From Yuukianura sp. NJ FZ-2021 (taxonomy: Eukaryota), in assembly GCA_046563655.1 (NCBI GenBank), contig CM102285.1, positions 1,116,001 to 1,180,000 of the forward strand: 64,000 bases of DNA, read 5' to 3'. The notes beneath the pieces are model-generated. The model was not told the origin of the DNA. It did no database searches and worked only from the letters and a program-made list of their open reading frames with translations. Shown piece after piece: positions 1-13,191 of this stretch. Numbering within the stretch: the first letter of the stretch is position 1; each line of letters starts with the position of its first letter. The position numbers and the translations under genes were made by a program.

Positions 1-804
1 TGAAAATGAGGGAAAGTCAATTCCAAAGCTCATGCGCTGCCTGATTCCAATTTCGGCGCCAAGCCACCCGAAAAAATTGACGAACAAAGTGTACCTAAGT
101 TCAAATTCTGATACAAAATTTGAAACTTTATTTTTTATTGTAACTTTAAATATTTTATCACACTTTTATTTTTTAGGTTGATGGTTGACTTGGCGCTACC
201 AGTTGACGCTGCGAGTGGGTACCAACGTTTGGCGTTGCTCGAACGCCAAGCACAGAAGGAACGCATTGTCAAGTCGAGTTTGGTGACATATTTGTTATTT
301 CTTCTGAATGCTTCCATGCCAAAATGCTGGATGGTTCCAGTTCTTCCAGTAAACACAATACTTGCAAGTATATTTCCCGGACCAACAGAGCAATTTTATG
401 TTGGTGGAAACCCTGTGGAGGATATGGCGTACGCTTTGAATGGTGGAACTCATGGTACATATTTTTATAATGCATGCATTTTTATTAAAGCATCTAACCT
501 AAAATAGTAAAAGGGTTAGGTTATGTAATTATTATGTATATATATAGTGTCATGTCTAAGCGATATAACAACAATATATAACATGTACCAGAATATATAT
601 AACTAGAGCATATCTAAAGAATCAGAAATACTTTGTTTAATAGCACTGATTGTGAACATTTGTTCGTACAATGGAAACTTTCGATACTGGCTGGGAGTCG
701 ATGCTAAAATTTCCTCAACAGAACAAAACGCAGAGGAATTTGTTCAATACCTTGGCGATGAACTTCATGAGCTAATCAAATCAGAGTCTAATGTGACTGT
801 TTAA
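1..804 (+). CDS. WS/DGAT family wax ester synthase / O-acyltransferase, 3' part (exons <1-90, 177-454, 644-804)
   Basis: GT-AG splicing gives ENEGKSIPKLMRCLIPISAP..LTNKVLMVDLALPV..SIFPGPTEQFYVGGNPVEDM..ALIVNICSYNGNFRYWLGVD..*. This matches the WS/DGAT C-terminal pattern (PvslR..gN, SNvPGP..y..G..v, SY.G....g...D). The catalytic HHxxxDG motif would lie upstream of the window. Confidence 0.75.
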
Positions 805-1362
805 CTTTCATGAAACAAATCATGATTATTAATAAATTAATTAATTCATTAAAGATAAATTAACTCAAAACAACATGGGACAAAAAAACTCAACCTAAAA
901 TGTTTTTTGAATCAAGTTCTTGAAACAATTTTGAACTAAATGGCTTTCTTCCTTTCCATGTTGCGGCATAAATAAAAACTAGTGTTGGTGGATGCTTAAA
1001 CGTCCAGTGAATTAATTGCCACTTCCACTGGATATACACTGGAAGAAATGCACCCGAAATTGGTGAAACTTTTAACGAATAGAAGAAATTAAGAGTTTAT
1101 CGCGAAATTCAAAAAAATTCAAATTGAAAATTACAAAATGATATGCAAAGAGTTTCTTTCATCATTAAAATTAATTATTTTTTTTAAAAGTCATATAAAA
1201 ACGATATTTCCTTCGTTTTTGTACGGTATTTTGAATTCGTTTAAGCTTTATGTATTTAATTAATTCAAACCCCGCGGGCAAAGCTCCGCCCCCTTCGGTT
1301 CATCCATTTCGTCCATTTCTTCTACTGGATATCCAGCCGTGGATGAAATGTCGGAAAAGTAA

Positions 1363-1428
1363 ATCCGACGGCAACGTTTTTATCAGTGTTGATGGATGTC
1401 AACACTGATAAAAACGTTGCCGTCGGAT
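1363..1428. repeat. Perfect 30-bp inverted repeat with 6-nt loop
   Basis: atccgacggcaacgtttttatcagtgttga (1363-1392), loop tggatg, then the exact reverse complement at 1399-1428. Confidence 0.95.
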
Positions 1429-2574
1429 GCATACGAACTTTCCAACTTTCAAATCCTGCTCACAATGGGTTGAAGCATGTCGCGACGATGTCCAGATTTG
1501 TTTTCAAACGTTTTGTTTTCAAACGTCAAACGTTTGTTTTATCGAGTGGGTATTGGCGGATAAGTGTGGTAGCAATTTTTAGTACTTTGCCAATGTTTTG
1601 CTGAGTATTTTCAACGGCAACTTTCCGCTTCTCAACCGCCCAAACAAATTCTACTGGTTGAGGTCACAGTTGTATGGAGTAAGCCTAACGACCTCATGTC
1701 CGTTGGCTCTAATTGAGTTATCCACGCCGTAGTGATTTTCTTTTGTTTTAGTTTTTTACCATATCCCACAGGACATCACGTCGAGTTTCTGTCAAAGTTC
1801 CGAGGTGACAAAAAAAGATGACTTTGACCTTTGACCCTTTTAGACGTCACTCAACGTCATCAAAATCGGATCCCCGCAGACCCATTCCGAGTCTGCTATC
1901 CGTTTCCGTAATGTAAATGGGGCATAGCCTAGACCTTTGACACCATTGTAGATAACTTGAGGTGAATCCAAAAACTAATTTTTAGTTATCTGGTCAGTAG
2001 TTACTAATTGAAAAAAAAAACTCTTAGAAATTAGTGCAATGGTTGTCGAGTTAAGCATTGGACGGACAGACGGACGGATGGACAAAACGATCTCTAAAAT
2101 ATCTGACGATACTTATTAGTGACGAAACAAAAGGACTGATAATACTGACGAAACAAAAGGTGAGAGACTGAGTCCTAACGGCGAAATCCTACTTGGACGG
2201 AACATCAGAAATGCACAATACAATACGATACCTTCAGTACGTCAATTACCTTCAAACCCATTCGGGAATGCAAATTAAAAATAAACTTATCTCTTTCTTG
2301 TTTTATGACATTTTTTACAAATTAGTTAACCAACTTTCCAGTGAATTAGGATTAATTAAACTGTAATTAATAATTAATAAAATAAGAACAAAAGTTAAGT
2401 TTCACATCACCACATCTCAGAAAACAAACTTTGATTTTATGGAGCCCGCGGTCAATCGTTCGGTTGTTAACAAAGTGAGACAAGAACACGCAACTTGTGA
2501 CCATAAGAAGTCAGTTTTTGGGACAATAAGAAATTGCTTTATTGTTTCAACTTTGCAAATACAACGTAAACGTT

Positions 2575-3405
2575 TTACTTTCCAAATCGCTGTTCACTCT
2601 CTCCGAAAATCCGAAGCCAGTTTTCCAAATCCGTTTCATCGCATTCCGGGAAGTACTTGTTTTCGTAGTAAAATTCCGCATAAACCGATTGCCAAATTAA
2701 AAACCCCGAATTACGAAAGGTTCGCGAATCTTTTGCTCCAGTGCGCACAATCAAATCAGGTACTGGGTACTCATCTCCCGCCATTGAAACATACCCAGAG
2801 ATTGTTTCGACAGACATTTTTTCAACAGAATCAAGATGTTGAATTTTTCGAATTGCTTCTACAATGTCTTCCCGTCCACCATAGTCGATTGCAATGTTGA
2901 GACAATGGTCTGTTCTGGATTTCGATTCAGTTTCAATAGTGTTCATAAATTCAAGTATGCTTTTTGGTACTCTGTTCCTCTGTCCAATGAATCTCACTCG
3001 ACAATTGAATTTATCAGCAAGTTTTCTGCAAATTGAAAATTGTTGACCCAGTAACTTAAAAATAATTTCCAGTTCTGATTTCGGACGGCCAAAGTTGTCT
3101 GTACTGAGAATCCACATGGTAACTGTGTGAACTCCGCGTTCAAATGCTGCTTGTCCCAATTTGAAAAGTACGTCTATCCCTCTTGAGTACGCAGTCAATT
3201 TTGTCACATTTGCTTGGCGGGAATACCGACGATTTCCGTCTGGAATAATTCCGAGGTGTTTCACATTCGTCGACAGTGTTCGCTCTGGGGCCGGTTTACA
3301 GCCAATATCGGCATTGAGTTGCGATATTCCGTTACTTTTTGCATTGGATACCGATTTCAATCCAGGTTTGGTTTCGGTTACCGATTTTCCGCAACAATTT
3401 CCCAT
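2575..3405 (-). CDS. cis-prenyltransferase (UppS-like isoprenyl transferase), intronless, 276 aa, N-terminal MGNCC
   Basis: HLGIIPDGNRRY (region I), LSTDNFGRPKSE, IDYGGREDIV, PDLIVRTG..RNSGFLIWQSVYAEFYY..FPE and C-terminal RFGK, all in one uninterrupted ORF. Confidence 0.93.
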   Translation of the reverse strand: MGNCCGKSVTETKPGLKSVSNAKSNGISQLNADIGCKPAPERTLSTNVKHLGIIPDGNRRYSRQANVTKLTAYSRGIDVLFKLGQAAFERGVHTVTMWILSTDNFGRPKSELEIIFKLLGQQFSICRKLADKFNCRVRFIGQRNRVPKSILEFMNTIETESKSRTDHCLNIAIDYGGREDIVEAIRKIQHLDSVEKMSVETISGYVSMAGDEYPVPDLIVRTGAKDSRTFRNSGFLIWQSVYAEFYYENKYFPECDETDLENWLRIFGESEQRFGK

Positions 3406-4476
3406 TTGAAAAATAATTTTTAGAAGATAAAGCGTGTGCCTACTTTGTACCCAACCTTGAGCTTAAAGTTTAAATATTTTAAAAATCTAAAATTTAAAGT
3501 TCGAAAATTTCGGAACCGTTGTACCTTGACAGACAACCAACTTATGAGGAGTGACTTTTAGAAGATTTTTGGAAACAATTTTAAAGTAATGCGGAGTCCA
3601 GAAAAGTGTCACACGAGGAATGAGTTTCGCCCGTTTCTCAAAACGTTCTAGGGAGTTTTTTTTAAAGCCCTCAAAGTGTCATAAAAGTATAAAATTGTAA
3701 AATGGGTTTTAACGTAGAAAGTTTGAAATCGAAATGAATTTTTAAAACTTGATTCACATTGAATTGCGTAGTTGTAATTGTCACGTCTGAGAAAAAAATC
3801 TTGACGTAAATCAGTATTGACGGGGGTTGGATTCCACGTAGGGGCTTAATTTTTTTCACGTTAGCAAATCAAATTAGTGTCAAAAATTATTTTTAATTAT
3901 AAGAAATTTTATTGCCATTAACCAAATTAATTACTGCGGATGAAAACCACTCCTCATTTTAGTACCTACTATAATAAATTTCGCTTGACGTATCACATTC
4001 ACAATTCACACGAAAAGAATTCACGTAAAGGATAATTCTAGGTCATTGTTTCTGAATGCTATTTTGCCTTGATTGTTTCATGGTCACTTTTGTCAACTCA
4101 ACTTTTATCTAACTTTTCAAAAAGTTGGAATATTTGAGTTGATTATAATTTAAACTTATCATTTGATCAGATTGCGCAAATTTTCTATTGATTACAAATT
4201 TTTGTAGGATTCTCGGCACCTCAATTTTGTGATTTAGTCACATTTTTTATTTTTTGGCTGCCTTTAAATAATTTTAAATCAACTTTTGTCTGCCAACTTT
4301 TTGTTTTCTCAGAGAGAAGAAGAAGTTTGCTCCTGAGTGAAGAAAACTTAAGTATTAAAACTTAACATAACATAACATAAAATTCAAATTTAATTTAAAA
4401 AAAAAGAGTCGTGATTTAATTCAATCATATTGTAATACGAAATCCTAACTTAAGTAATATGACAAAAATTTGCGTT

Positions 4477-5378
4477 TTAGAAGCAAAGACAAGCCATTTT
4501 CCTTGAGATGCGCAAACGAGACCCATCTTTGCTTGAGTTGTGTTGCTCCTGCGCAGTTTTTGTATTCGCAGCGGCAACTGCCATTGTCAGTGGATGTGTT
4601 TCTTCCTTGTTCGTTTTTGTGGCTTTAGAGTCACGAATGAGTCGCAAGAGGTCAAAAAATGCTTTGTCCACATTTTCCCTTGTTTTGGCCGAAGTTTCAA
4701 CGTAGCTAACTTTCCAACTTCGCGCCATAAAATCTGCTTGTGACTTTTCCACTTTCCGACGGTCGCCAAGGTCACATTTGTTCCCCAGCAGAAGCAGAGG
4801 CACTGCGTCGGTGTCTTTCACCCTCAGAATTTGTTCCCTGGTTACCAAAAAACGAAATTTTGAAAATCAAAATTCAAAAAAAAAACCGAAAAGTTTTTGC
4901 ACATGCTCATGGAATCTCAACTTGCCTCATTTCTGCGCATGCCGTCAGACTATTTTCTTCAGTGATTGTGAAAACTGACAAAAAACCTTCGCCTGATCGA
5001 AAGTAGTTGTCTCTTATGGCTGCATAATCTTCTTGTCCCGCAGTATCCAAAATGTCTACCAAAATTTCATCACCATCCAGAATAACCTGAAACGTAAAAA
5101 TTAAAATTTTGAATTTTTACATTCTTAAAAATGAATCATGAAGGCCATAATTAGCTTAATTTTAGTGTTAGGTTTAAGTGTTAATTACTTTTTTTCTGTA
5201 GGAATCTGCTTTCGTGGGTTCGTAATTTTCTACAAATTCGTCATACATGAATTGCAGCGTTAGAGCACTTTTTCCCACTCCGCCTGCGCCAACCATGATG
5301 ATTTTGTACAGTGGAGGCTTGGCGATTCCCTTCGTTGTTTGGGCATCTGAACTCGTCGTGGCCTGTACAGTTCCATTT
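4477..5378 (-). CDS. Ral: Ral-family small GTPase (exons 5378-5189, 5086-4926, 4837-4477; start exon not located)
   Basis: [71 protein letters not shown] and C-terminal CLCF (CAAX-like). YEPTKADSY is the Ral-specific effector loop. Confidence 0.92.
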
Positions 5379-7715
5379 CTGCAAAAACAGAAAGACGAAA
5401 ATCAAATACCGTAAAATTCCTAATAAAAACCCAGGCTTGTATTCATTCCTCCCACTCTCTGACCCAGTTCGACTTAGAAACACAAAATTCCCTGACCTTT
5501 GACCTCTGGCCTTTGAATTGGTACACTTCGGTTAAGATCTCAGATGAAATCGTAGTTTACGATCAAACGATCATGAAAAAGAATGCCTGTGCAGTGTGGT
5601 TGGCTTCATTGCAAAAACTGCACATGCGCGTGGGAAATGGAACGTTACCTAGCGGAAAACGAAATTCACTTCCCTTTATTTACTAAAACGGTGAACACCG
5701 TGTGAAATACTTCGTCACTTTTTTTTTAAACCGTTTTTATTCCGCCGTATTTCTCAAATTTACACAACAAAGTTAAGAATTTATACGATACGCGCCGTTG
5801 ATTTTCGAATTTACTAAAGTAGTTTTTGTTTTGCCGCCAAAAAAAGGTGACAGGGGATTTTTGTTGTTTTTGTTAAAGGCAATGTTGTATGAAATTTAAA
5901 AGCAAGTTGGTAAAAATTAGGAACAGTTCAGTGTTAAACTGTGAGGAAAACAACGTTTTTTGCGAAGTCGTTTCGTGCAAGGTGGCTTGCATAATTTTGC
6001 CTTTAAAAAATTTGAATTTAAATTTGTACTTTACCGCGCGCCATAACACAGTGGTTGTTTTTTTTATTATTTGGTTCTCATGGAATTATATAAATTTTGT
6101 AAACAAACTAACTTATCAGTGTCATTTTGACACAAAAATTGAGGTACCGATTGATTTTTTGCCTCAAAATGCCTCACCCTCTAATGACAAACCCAACGGT
6201 GATTCGCGTTGTGGAAGCCTTGGTCTTCAATGTTTTGAGGTGGAACTCGGTAGATACTGCTTAATTATTACGCAAGGCTTATCCAAAGTGTTCCTAAATT
6301 CTTGTTTATTTTTGTTGTTGCAATAATCATAATTTGCGAATTTGTGATTTCGCACCGACTACTTGATGTTATACCATGATATTTAGCGTACTTTCGAAAA
6401 AAAAAACTGAAACCAAACATTCATTGTCTTTTGTGCCTGTTTGGTCGGTCGTCAATCAAGTCCAAGTCGTTTTTCGAGTCAGAGTCAACGGTTAATCCAG
6501 GCCCCACACTGTTTCCTTCTTTCAACCGTCTCAGTTGTCAATGGAAACGTTGTGATTAAAGTTTGTTTCAAATCAGAACCGAACCTTTTTTTCACAATCC
6601 GACCACTGTGCATAATAAACCTTGACCGCAACTGCATCATTGCCCTTAAGGAAAAACAGATTTTATTAAAGCCATTTTGCGGCAAGAATTTGGGTTTTGT
6701 ATTTGTGGAATTTGGGTTAGTGGCTCTGGTTGGCACGCCTTGGAGCAGAAGAAATTAGGTAAATGTCATGATCATGAACACATTTCACGAATAGCCCCAA
6801 GGCACATCTACTCACCCAAACACAGCGTGACCCCTATGACCCACATTTTGAAATTTCTGACCCATATTTTCACATTTATGACCAAAATTTTGACCCTCCT
6901 GACCTCCTGACCTCCATTTGGAGATTTTTGATCAAAATTTTGACTTTTCTGACAAAAATTTTAAGAAAAGACCCTCCTGGCACACATTTTCAGTGAAAAT
7001 GTGAGAATTTTTCATATGCGGATTGAGATCAGAGGATTAGGGTTACTCAAATCCTAGATTTTGGAACAAAATGGAAAGTTTTGAGGGTTGGTCGAAATCC
7101 TCAAATTTTGAAATTTGAGGTCACCCAGCCCTCTGATTTTTGAATTTTTTTAATTTGGAAATTTGGAAATATAGCTAAATAGGACTTGCCTGGACGGTCT
7201 AATTTTGGAAATTCTGAGAAATTTTTGTGCTCGATTCCACTGATTGTGAATTCCATTGCCACTGCGCAGAACGATTCTTCTGCCTTCTTGAATGACGGTG
7301 ACGCGCAGGTCCTGCACTCTTGTCAACAAAGGCATTTCAACAGTGTCTCCTTAGCTCATTTGCATAAATTCCACTTTCACTTAAGACAATACTGAAATTT
7401 CCAGTTTTTCAGTCCTCGCTTTCCATTGGTCACTTTCACACAAAATGAGAAGCCGCAGATTGGCCCTTTCTATTTCATTTCTAGATAAGTTCAAAAATTT
7501 GAACGTGAAATCTGAAACCAAGGTGTATTTTAAAAACAAGAATTTAGAAATTTTAAAAAAAAAATGAAAATTTGAAAATTTTACTGAGAGGATGACTCAC
7601 AGCGGAATGATGTGTACTGTTGGACTTGTTGAGCCTCTCTGTTGTTACTTCCTCAGGAAAATCGAGATCAGTATAACTTTCTTGTACCTTTCGCTTAGTC
7701 ATACTCATGTTAGCA

Positions 7716-8043
7716 CATGCCATTTTATCGAAAGAATTACAACGAAACAAATTTCTTCGAATGAATTTCCCCGAAATCACTTACAACGAAAGTCAAATTC
7801 CAACGAAAGTTGATATTACAACGAAAGTAGCTCTTTCGTTGAATTACAACTTTCATTGTAATTCATATTTCCTAGTAAAAAAAAATCAACTATCGTTGTA
7901 GTTTTGTAGTTCGAATTAGTAGTAATAATTCCACTTTCGTTATAATTGGTATCGGGGTAATTTGATTTTCGATGTTTAATTGTTTCTGGGAAATTCATTC
8001 GGAGAAATTCGTTTCGTTGTAATTCATTCGATGAAATGGCATG
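7716..8043. mobile_element. MITE/foldback element with ~55-bp imperfect terminal inverted repeats
   Basis: catgccattttatcgaaagaattacaacgaaacaaatttcttcgaatgaatttccc ... gggaaattcattcggagaaattcgtttcgttgtaattcattcgatgaaatggcatg, with internal acaacgaaa subrepeats. Confidence 0.75.
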
Positions 8044-10297
8044 AACCATCCCTCATGGTAAGCTTATATGAGCTCTTATTGTTAGCTCTTGAGAGTAGCC
8101 GGATGGGAGGCACTTGAAGGGGGTACTTGGCGAGGTGTGAAGTGTATCCGTTAGTTTGTCGTTTCCCCCTCTCCCTATTGTTCTATTTTGAACCTGTGCG
8201 TCCCATATCCCATGAAGTTTAGTAAGTATTATAAAGGCACGCAGGAAGTAACAGTTGACTCACACTATGCATTCTAATGAGTACGAGAATTTACAAAGGG
8301 ATCACCAATTGCAATTTGTAACCGTGGTTACGAGGAAGTGACGATATACGCTACTATAAAAAAAAACGCGTTTAAACCATTTTTTTTAAACCGCTCTTCC
8401 TCGGCGTAAAAATTTGCGAGCTTTGACACTTGATTAATTATTACTGGACATGAGAATGACTTTTGTTTAGCTCCCAAAGTACTAAGGATTTAACACTACG
8501 GAACTCTAAAAACTTACATCTTTAATAAGTTACATTACTTTTACGTTACGTAAAATCCAAAACAAGTTTTTTCAATTTCGTTAGTAAGCACCACGCTATG
8601 AATTCGCCCCCGCCGCCTTGCGGAAGAAACGAGAAAAACGTCTGCAGTTTCCCAACTTTTCAGAGAATTTGTCAGTTGCGTTGTTGAAATTTGACGTAAA
8701 GAGGGCGGACGGGAGTGCAGGATCTCTTGATACGAAATTCGAAAAATGTGAAATCAAGGGAAACTGGAATTGGCAATTTACGTTTAATTAAAATTTGGTT
8801 ATGGGCTTTGACAGGCTTAGTTATGAAAATGAACTTTTGTTAGGAAACATTCCAAAATACAAACATGATGAGCAAATGTTGTTCTTTACAAAAAAAAATA
8901 ATTTTAACACAAAATTTTTATTTTAGAATTTGCTATAAAAATAGAAATTTTCACAAAAAAAAAATTATTTTAGAATTTGATGTAAAAATAGAAATTTTGA
9001 GCAAAAGCACCTCAATTTTCTAAAGTCACACTTTTTTCTCTCATGGTCTCCACTTGTAATTTCTAATCCGAACAAGTGACAAAAACTGATTGGATTGTTG
9101 TTTTTGAAGGAATTTGCGGTTACGAAGGAAATTGGACAGAATGAACGTGTGAACCTGAGAACAGAAATGGGGAGGTCTACAATAACCTAACCTAAACCGC
9201 ACAAATTTCAAGTTGATTATGACTACGATTCAGAATTATTCAAACCAAAATTCAATTACGATTTACATTCCAACCACTACCGCAAATTTACACTCCACTC
9301 CAAATACCAATGTACACAAATCATCAATTTCCAATTTTTCAAAAACGAAGTTTCAAAAACTTTTCGCTTATGTGTTTCTGATAAGTTTTTTTTTTCCAAA
9401 AAAAAATCTCAACTGAAAAACATGAATAAAAACGAGGGATTTTTCATTTCTACGAAAATCTCGCTTCAAAATCCAAAATTTGCTAAATAGTGGCGTCCTG
9501 TTGTTAGGTTGTTTGTGTAGTGCCGACAAAAGAGACGACGGGGGAGGGGGATGCTTTCTCCATTTGTTAGGTTATGGCTCGGTGTTAAGCAAAAGGTAAA
9601 ATTGTTAGCCTAATTTCATGTTTTCCCTCAGTTCCTAGAAGGATGAGTGAAAAGTTCATCTTTCCTAATCTCCCGCTTCCTTTTGCCTCAAAATCAACTT
9701 GTAATCAATCAAAACGCCGAGAAAGGACCAAAAACTGTTTGAATAGCTCCCTGTCTCAAAATTACCGTAAAACTTCTAATAATTGCCCCCACAAATTTCA
9801 AAATCTGAGTTTATACTCCTATTCTCCTATTGATTCCGGCACTTATTGGAAATTTGACGGTAAGTGGCTAATCGTTTTGCGATGTAAGAGATGAAGAGAT
9901 TCTGTTTGATTTTGGATTTGGATTAATCGTGTTTAGTATTGGAATAAGGGAGGAGGGGGATGAGGAGGCGGAGCTTCGGGTGACTCCGCCTCCCTATTGT
10001 ACTTTTTTTAGGCCACGCCCACTGGATTCGTTAGATTCAGGCAGGTGAGAATGGAGTTGAGTCAGAGTAGAGCTGGATCTTGGGCACGTCTCACCTCAAC
10101 GTCTCGAAAGACAAAGACAATAGACATAAAACAATCAGACCAAGCTGAGGTACCCAAGGTACCCGGTCAACCTTGGCGTCGGTGGAACCTTGCGGGTCAA
10201 ATTGGAAGTGAGTGTGACTGTGATTTTTGAGTGAGGTCACGGAAGGTCACTGACTGGCGACATTCCTGGGCGACATTTGAGTTGCGTGTAAAGTCGG

Positions 10298-13110
10298 ATG
10301 ATGATGGACTTGAGTTGGAGTGGGAAGGGGCGAAGTGAGGCCGAAGTCCGCGGCGGGTCAATGGCTTCTGGAAGACCCGCCAAGTCACTCTTCTCCATCA
10401 GAGATCTAGTGGAGTGTGACAAGGATCCGCAAACTCCAGGTACGTTGGCAAGTTAGTTACATGATGCAGCCTGCATGATTATGTAACTTACATGATGATG
10501 TAAGGTAAATGAAAATGTCTTGGCCAAGGTTGCTATAGAACCCATTTATAAATGCGCTAACAGGTTATGCCATGACTCTGATTTAAAAAAAAACACGAAA
10601 AAAACAACTTTTGAACCAATTTTGTTTACTTTCACAGCAATCTTTTTTTTCAATTTTCACGTTGTTAAGCCATAGTTCTATTTCGAATTGCTAATAAAAC
10701 GAAGCTGCATCAGATAGGCGGTTCAAAAAATTTGAAAATTTGAAAAGTGGAGTTATGGTATAACCTGTTAAGAAAAAATAACAAAATTTCTTGGTATTTA
10801 CTACACCGATTGAAGGCTTTGGGACTGATTTTTATGTAATTTTTGACATTGAAGATGGTGCTGGAGAAGACAGTCGGAAGCGAAGTGTGTCTCCGTCACA
10901 TGCGCACTCCAAGGGCTCTTCCCCTACGCATTCCCTGGATGATGCTGATGGATTGTCAGAAGGCGGGTCAGAGGGTACTGATGACCTTCCGAAGCGGAAA
11001 CAACGCAGATACAGAACTACTTTCACCAGTCTTCAACTAGAGGAACTCGAGAAAGCTTTTGCACGCACGCACTACCCAGACGTCTTCACAAGGTCAGCAC
11101 AAAATTCCCTAGCTATTATGCAATAAGGTCAAAAGTAATTTGGTCGAAAAACAAAAAGTTCAAAAATACAAAACGAAAAAGAAAAAAACTCTGCAAAACC
11201 CAGACTTGTCGAATCCATTTTCCGTTTTCTTAATTGGACGATATAAATTTTTTTTTTGCTCAACTTGCCACTTCTTTTCTTGAAATTTTGATTTTTAAAA
11301 TTAATTTTGTGAAATCTCCAGGTTGTGAACTTTCATTGCTTGAAATTTACAGTGTTTGACCGTTTTCATTTTTTTGAATTTTACTTTTTGACATTTTTTT
11401 TTTGAAGTTTCACTTTTTGACCAAATGTTTTTTTTACATGGAACTGGAACTCCGCAACCTTGAAAGTGTTAATCTGTGGCGTTGGTTGCCCTTAATAGTT
11501 TTAAAAGGAAAAAGTGATTAGGACCTTAAAAAAGGTACGGAGATTTGTGGAAAATCTTTGGAGAGAGATCAAGATTTTTTTCATAGAAACAAAAAAAAAA
11601 CCAAAGTTTGTTCAAGGTTAAATGTCCAATGGAGGATGGAGTGTTAATTGAGTTTGAAAATCCAATTAGGCCTCAATTAATGGACTTAAGTGGAAGTACT
11701 AATAATATTTTGGTTTTAGGGAGGAACTGGCCATGAAGATCCAGTTGACAGAGGCCAGAATCCAGGTAAGATGCTGTCACACCTTCTCAGTCTCAGTTAA
11801 TGTTAAGAGTGCTAATCGGAGACTGGGCACTTCTCGCTTATCGCCAAAGTGCACTTTGACTCTAATGGACTCAGCAATTGACTTCATTATGACACAAACT
11901 TCCCAAAAGCATTCCACAGCCACGCAGTGAACAAAGTTAGGCTTTAACTCGAGGGAATTCGGAGGGATTCGGAGGAATTCGGTAGAAACCAAGCTCGGGA
12001 AAAATTGGTTGAAAAAAATTTTGAATTTTTTTTTTTAAATTGCGAGAGAACAATTGAATTAGGAAGTATTAGGAATCTCACGGCCACTTGAGCATTAATT
12101 GCATCTTCAAATTACACTTCAATTACAATTCACAACATTCGTGATTTGACTCGTGTCAGGCTCTGGTTGGAAGTTTAGACATTAGGTTTGGTACAACAAA
12201 TTGTCACTCATTATGTCAATTAGTCACTTGCAAGATAATGTTGCATTCCACATTCATTCCACAATCCACAATCATTCCACATTCAATCCACAATACAAAA
12301 TCATTCCACATTTAAGACTATGAAACAGCCTCCCCTTAGCAATTTTCAAAATTTAAAACCCAAAACTAATGAATTCTTGGAAAATCTGTAAATTTATAAA
12401 CTGAAAAAATTTTCACTCAAATTAGCAAGAATTTATCTGGATTCTGATTGGTTTGAATTTTATTTCAGGTTTGGTTCCAAAATCGGAGAGCAAAGTGGCG
12501 AAAAAGCGAGAAGGTGGGACCACAAGCTCATCCTTACAATCCATTCGGAACGACCACGGTGGGGCTCGGTGGGACTCAGCAACCCACCCAAGTTTCTCAA
12601 CCTTCCGGCATTCCATTCCCACCTCTCTATCTCCGTAAATCTCTCGACCCACCGACAGTCCTTCCCCACAGAATTCCCCACCCCTGGTCCCACCACCCCA
12701 TCCCACCCCCTTACTTCCCCCACCCACTCGCCCCCTCGACTAACCACCTCAACGGAATGAGAACAGGGGGTCATGGGTCAGCATTTCTGAGTCACCAGGC
12801 AGCAGCGTATTTGCACTCTGGTGGGCCCTCATTTCAGAACTTGTTGGCTCAACTGAACGGCGCCGCCGCGGCGGCAGCAATGCAGCACCACCAACTCCTC
12901 CTCCACCAACCACCGCCATTTCCACCACTTACGACATCAACTGCGTCTGAATTCGTACTGAAGTCTTATCCTTCTGACAACTCACGTAGTCCTATCCAGA
13001 CTTCTGGAAGTGACAGCGAAGAGAGTAACCATGGTAACCAACCACTAAGTAACGATCTGAAGAGAGACGAAGTGAGTGTGCGTAGAGGTCCTGACGACAT
13101 TCTCATCTGA
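10298..13110 (+). CDS. al: Aristaless paired-like (Q50) homeobox protein (exons 10298-10439, 10855-11092, 11720-11765, 12469-13110)
   Basis: The spliced homeodomain [74 protein letters not shown] closely follows arthropod aristaless. Exon 1 has an eh1-like FSIRDLV motif. All junctions are GT-AG and in phase. Confidence 0.92.
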
Positions 13111-13191
13111 AACTGTAACTCCTAGAATAAGGTTTTCATAGGATTAAGTTATGTTAGTATTAATATTAGAAAAGAAATACTCGTTTCAGAT

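Noticed and set aside
2575-3405. Bacterial contamination, or the ordinary DHDDS gene
   Set aside because: It is embedded between spliced genes with similar base composition and has a eukaryotic acylation signal; the terminal RFG and lack of introns do not fit DHDDS. Phylogeny is still needed.
5889-7813. Several 60-145-aa ORFs between Ral and aristaless
   Set aside because: Low-complexity AT-rich translations with no motifs or consistent splice structure.
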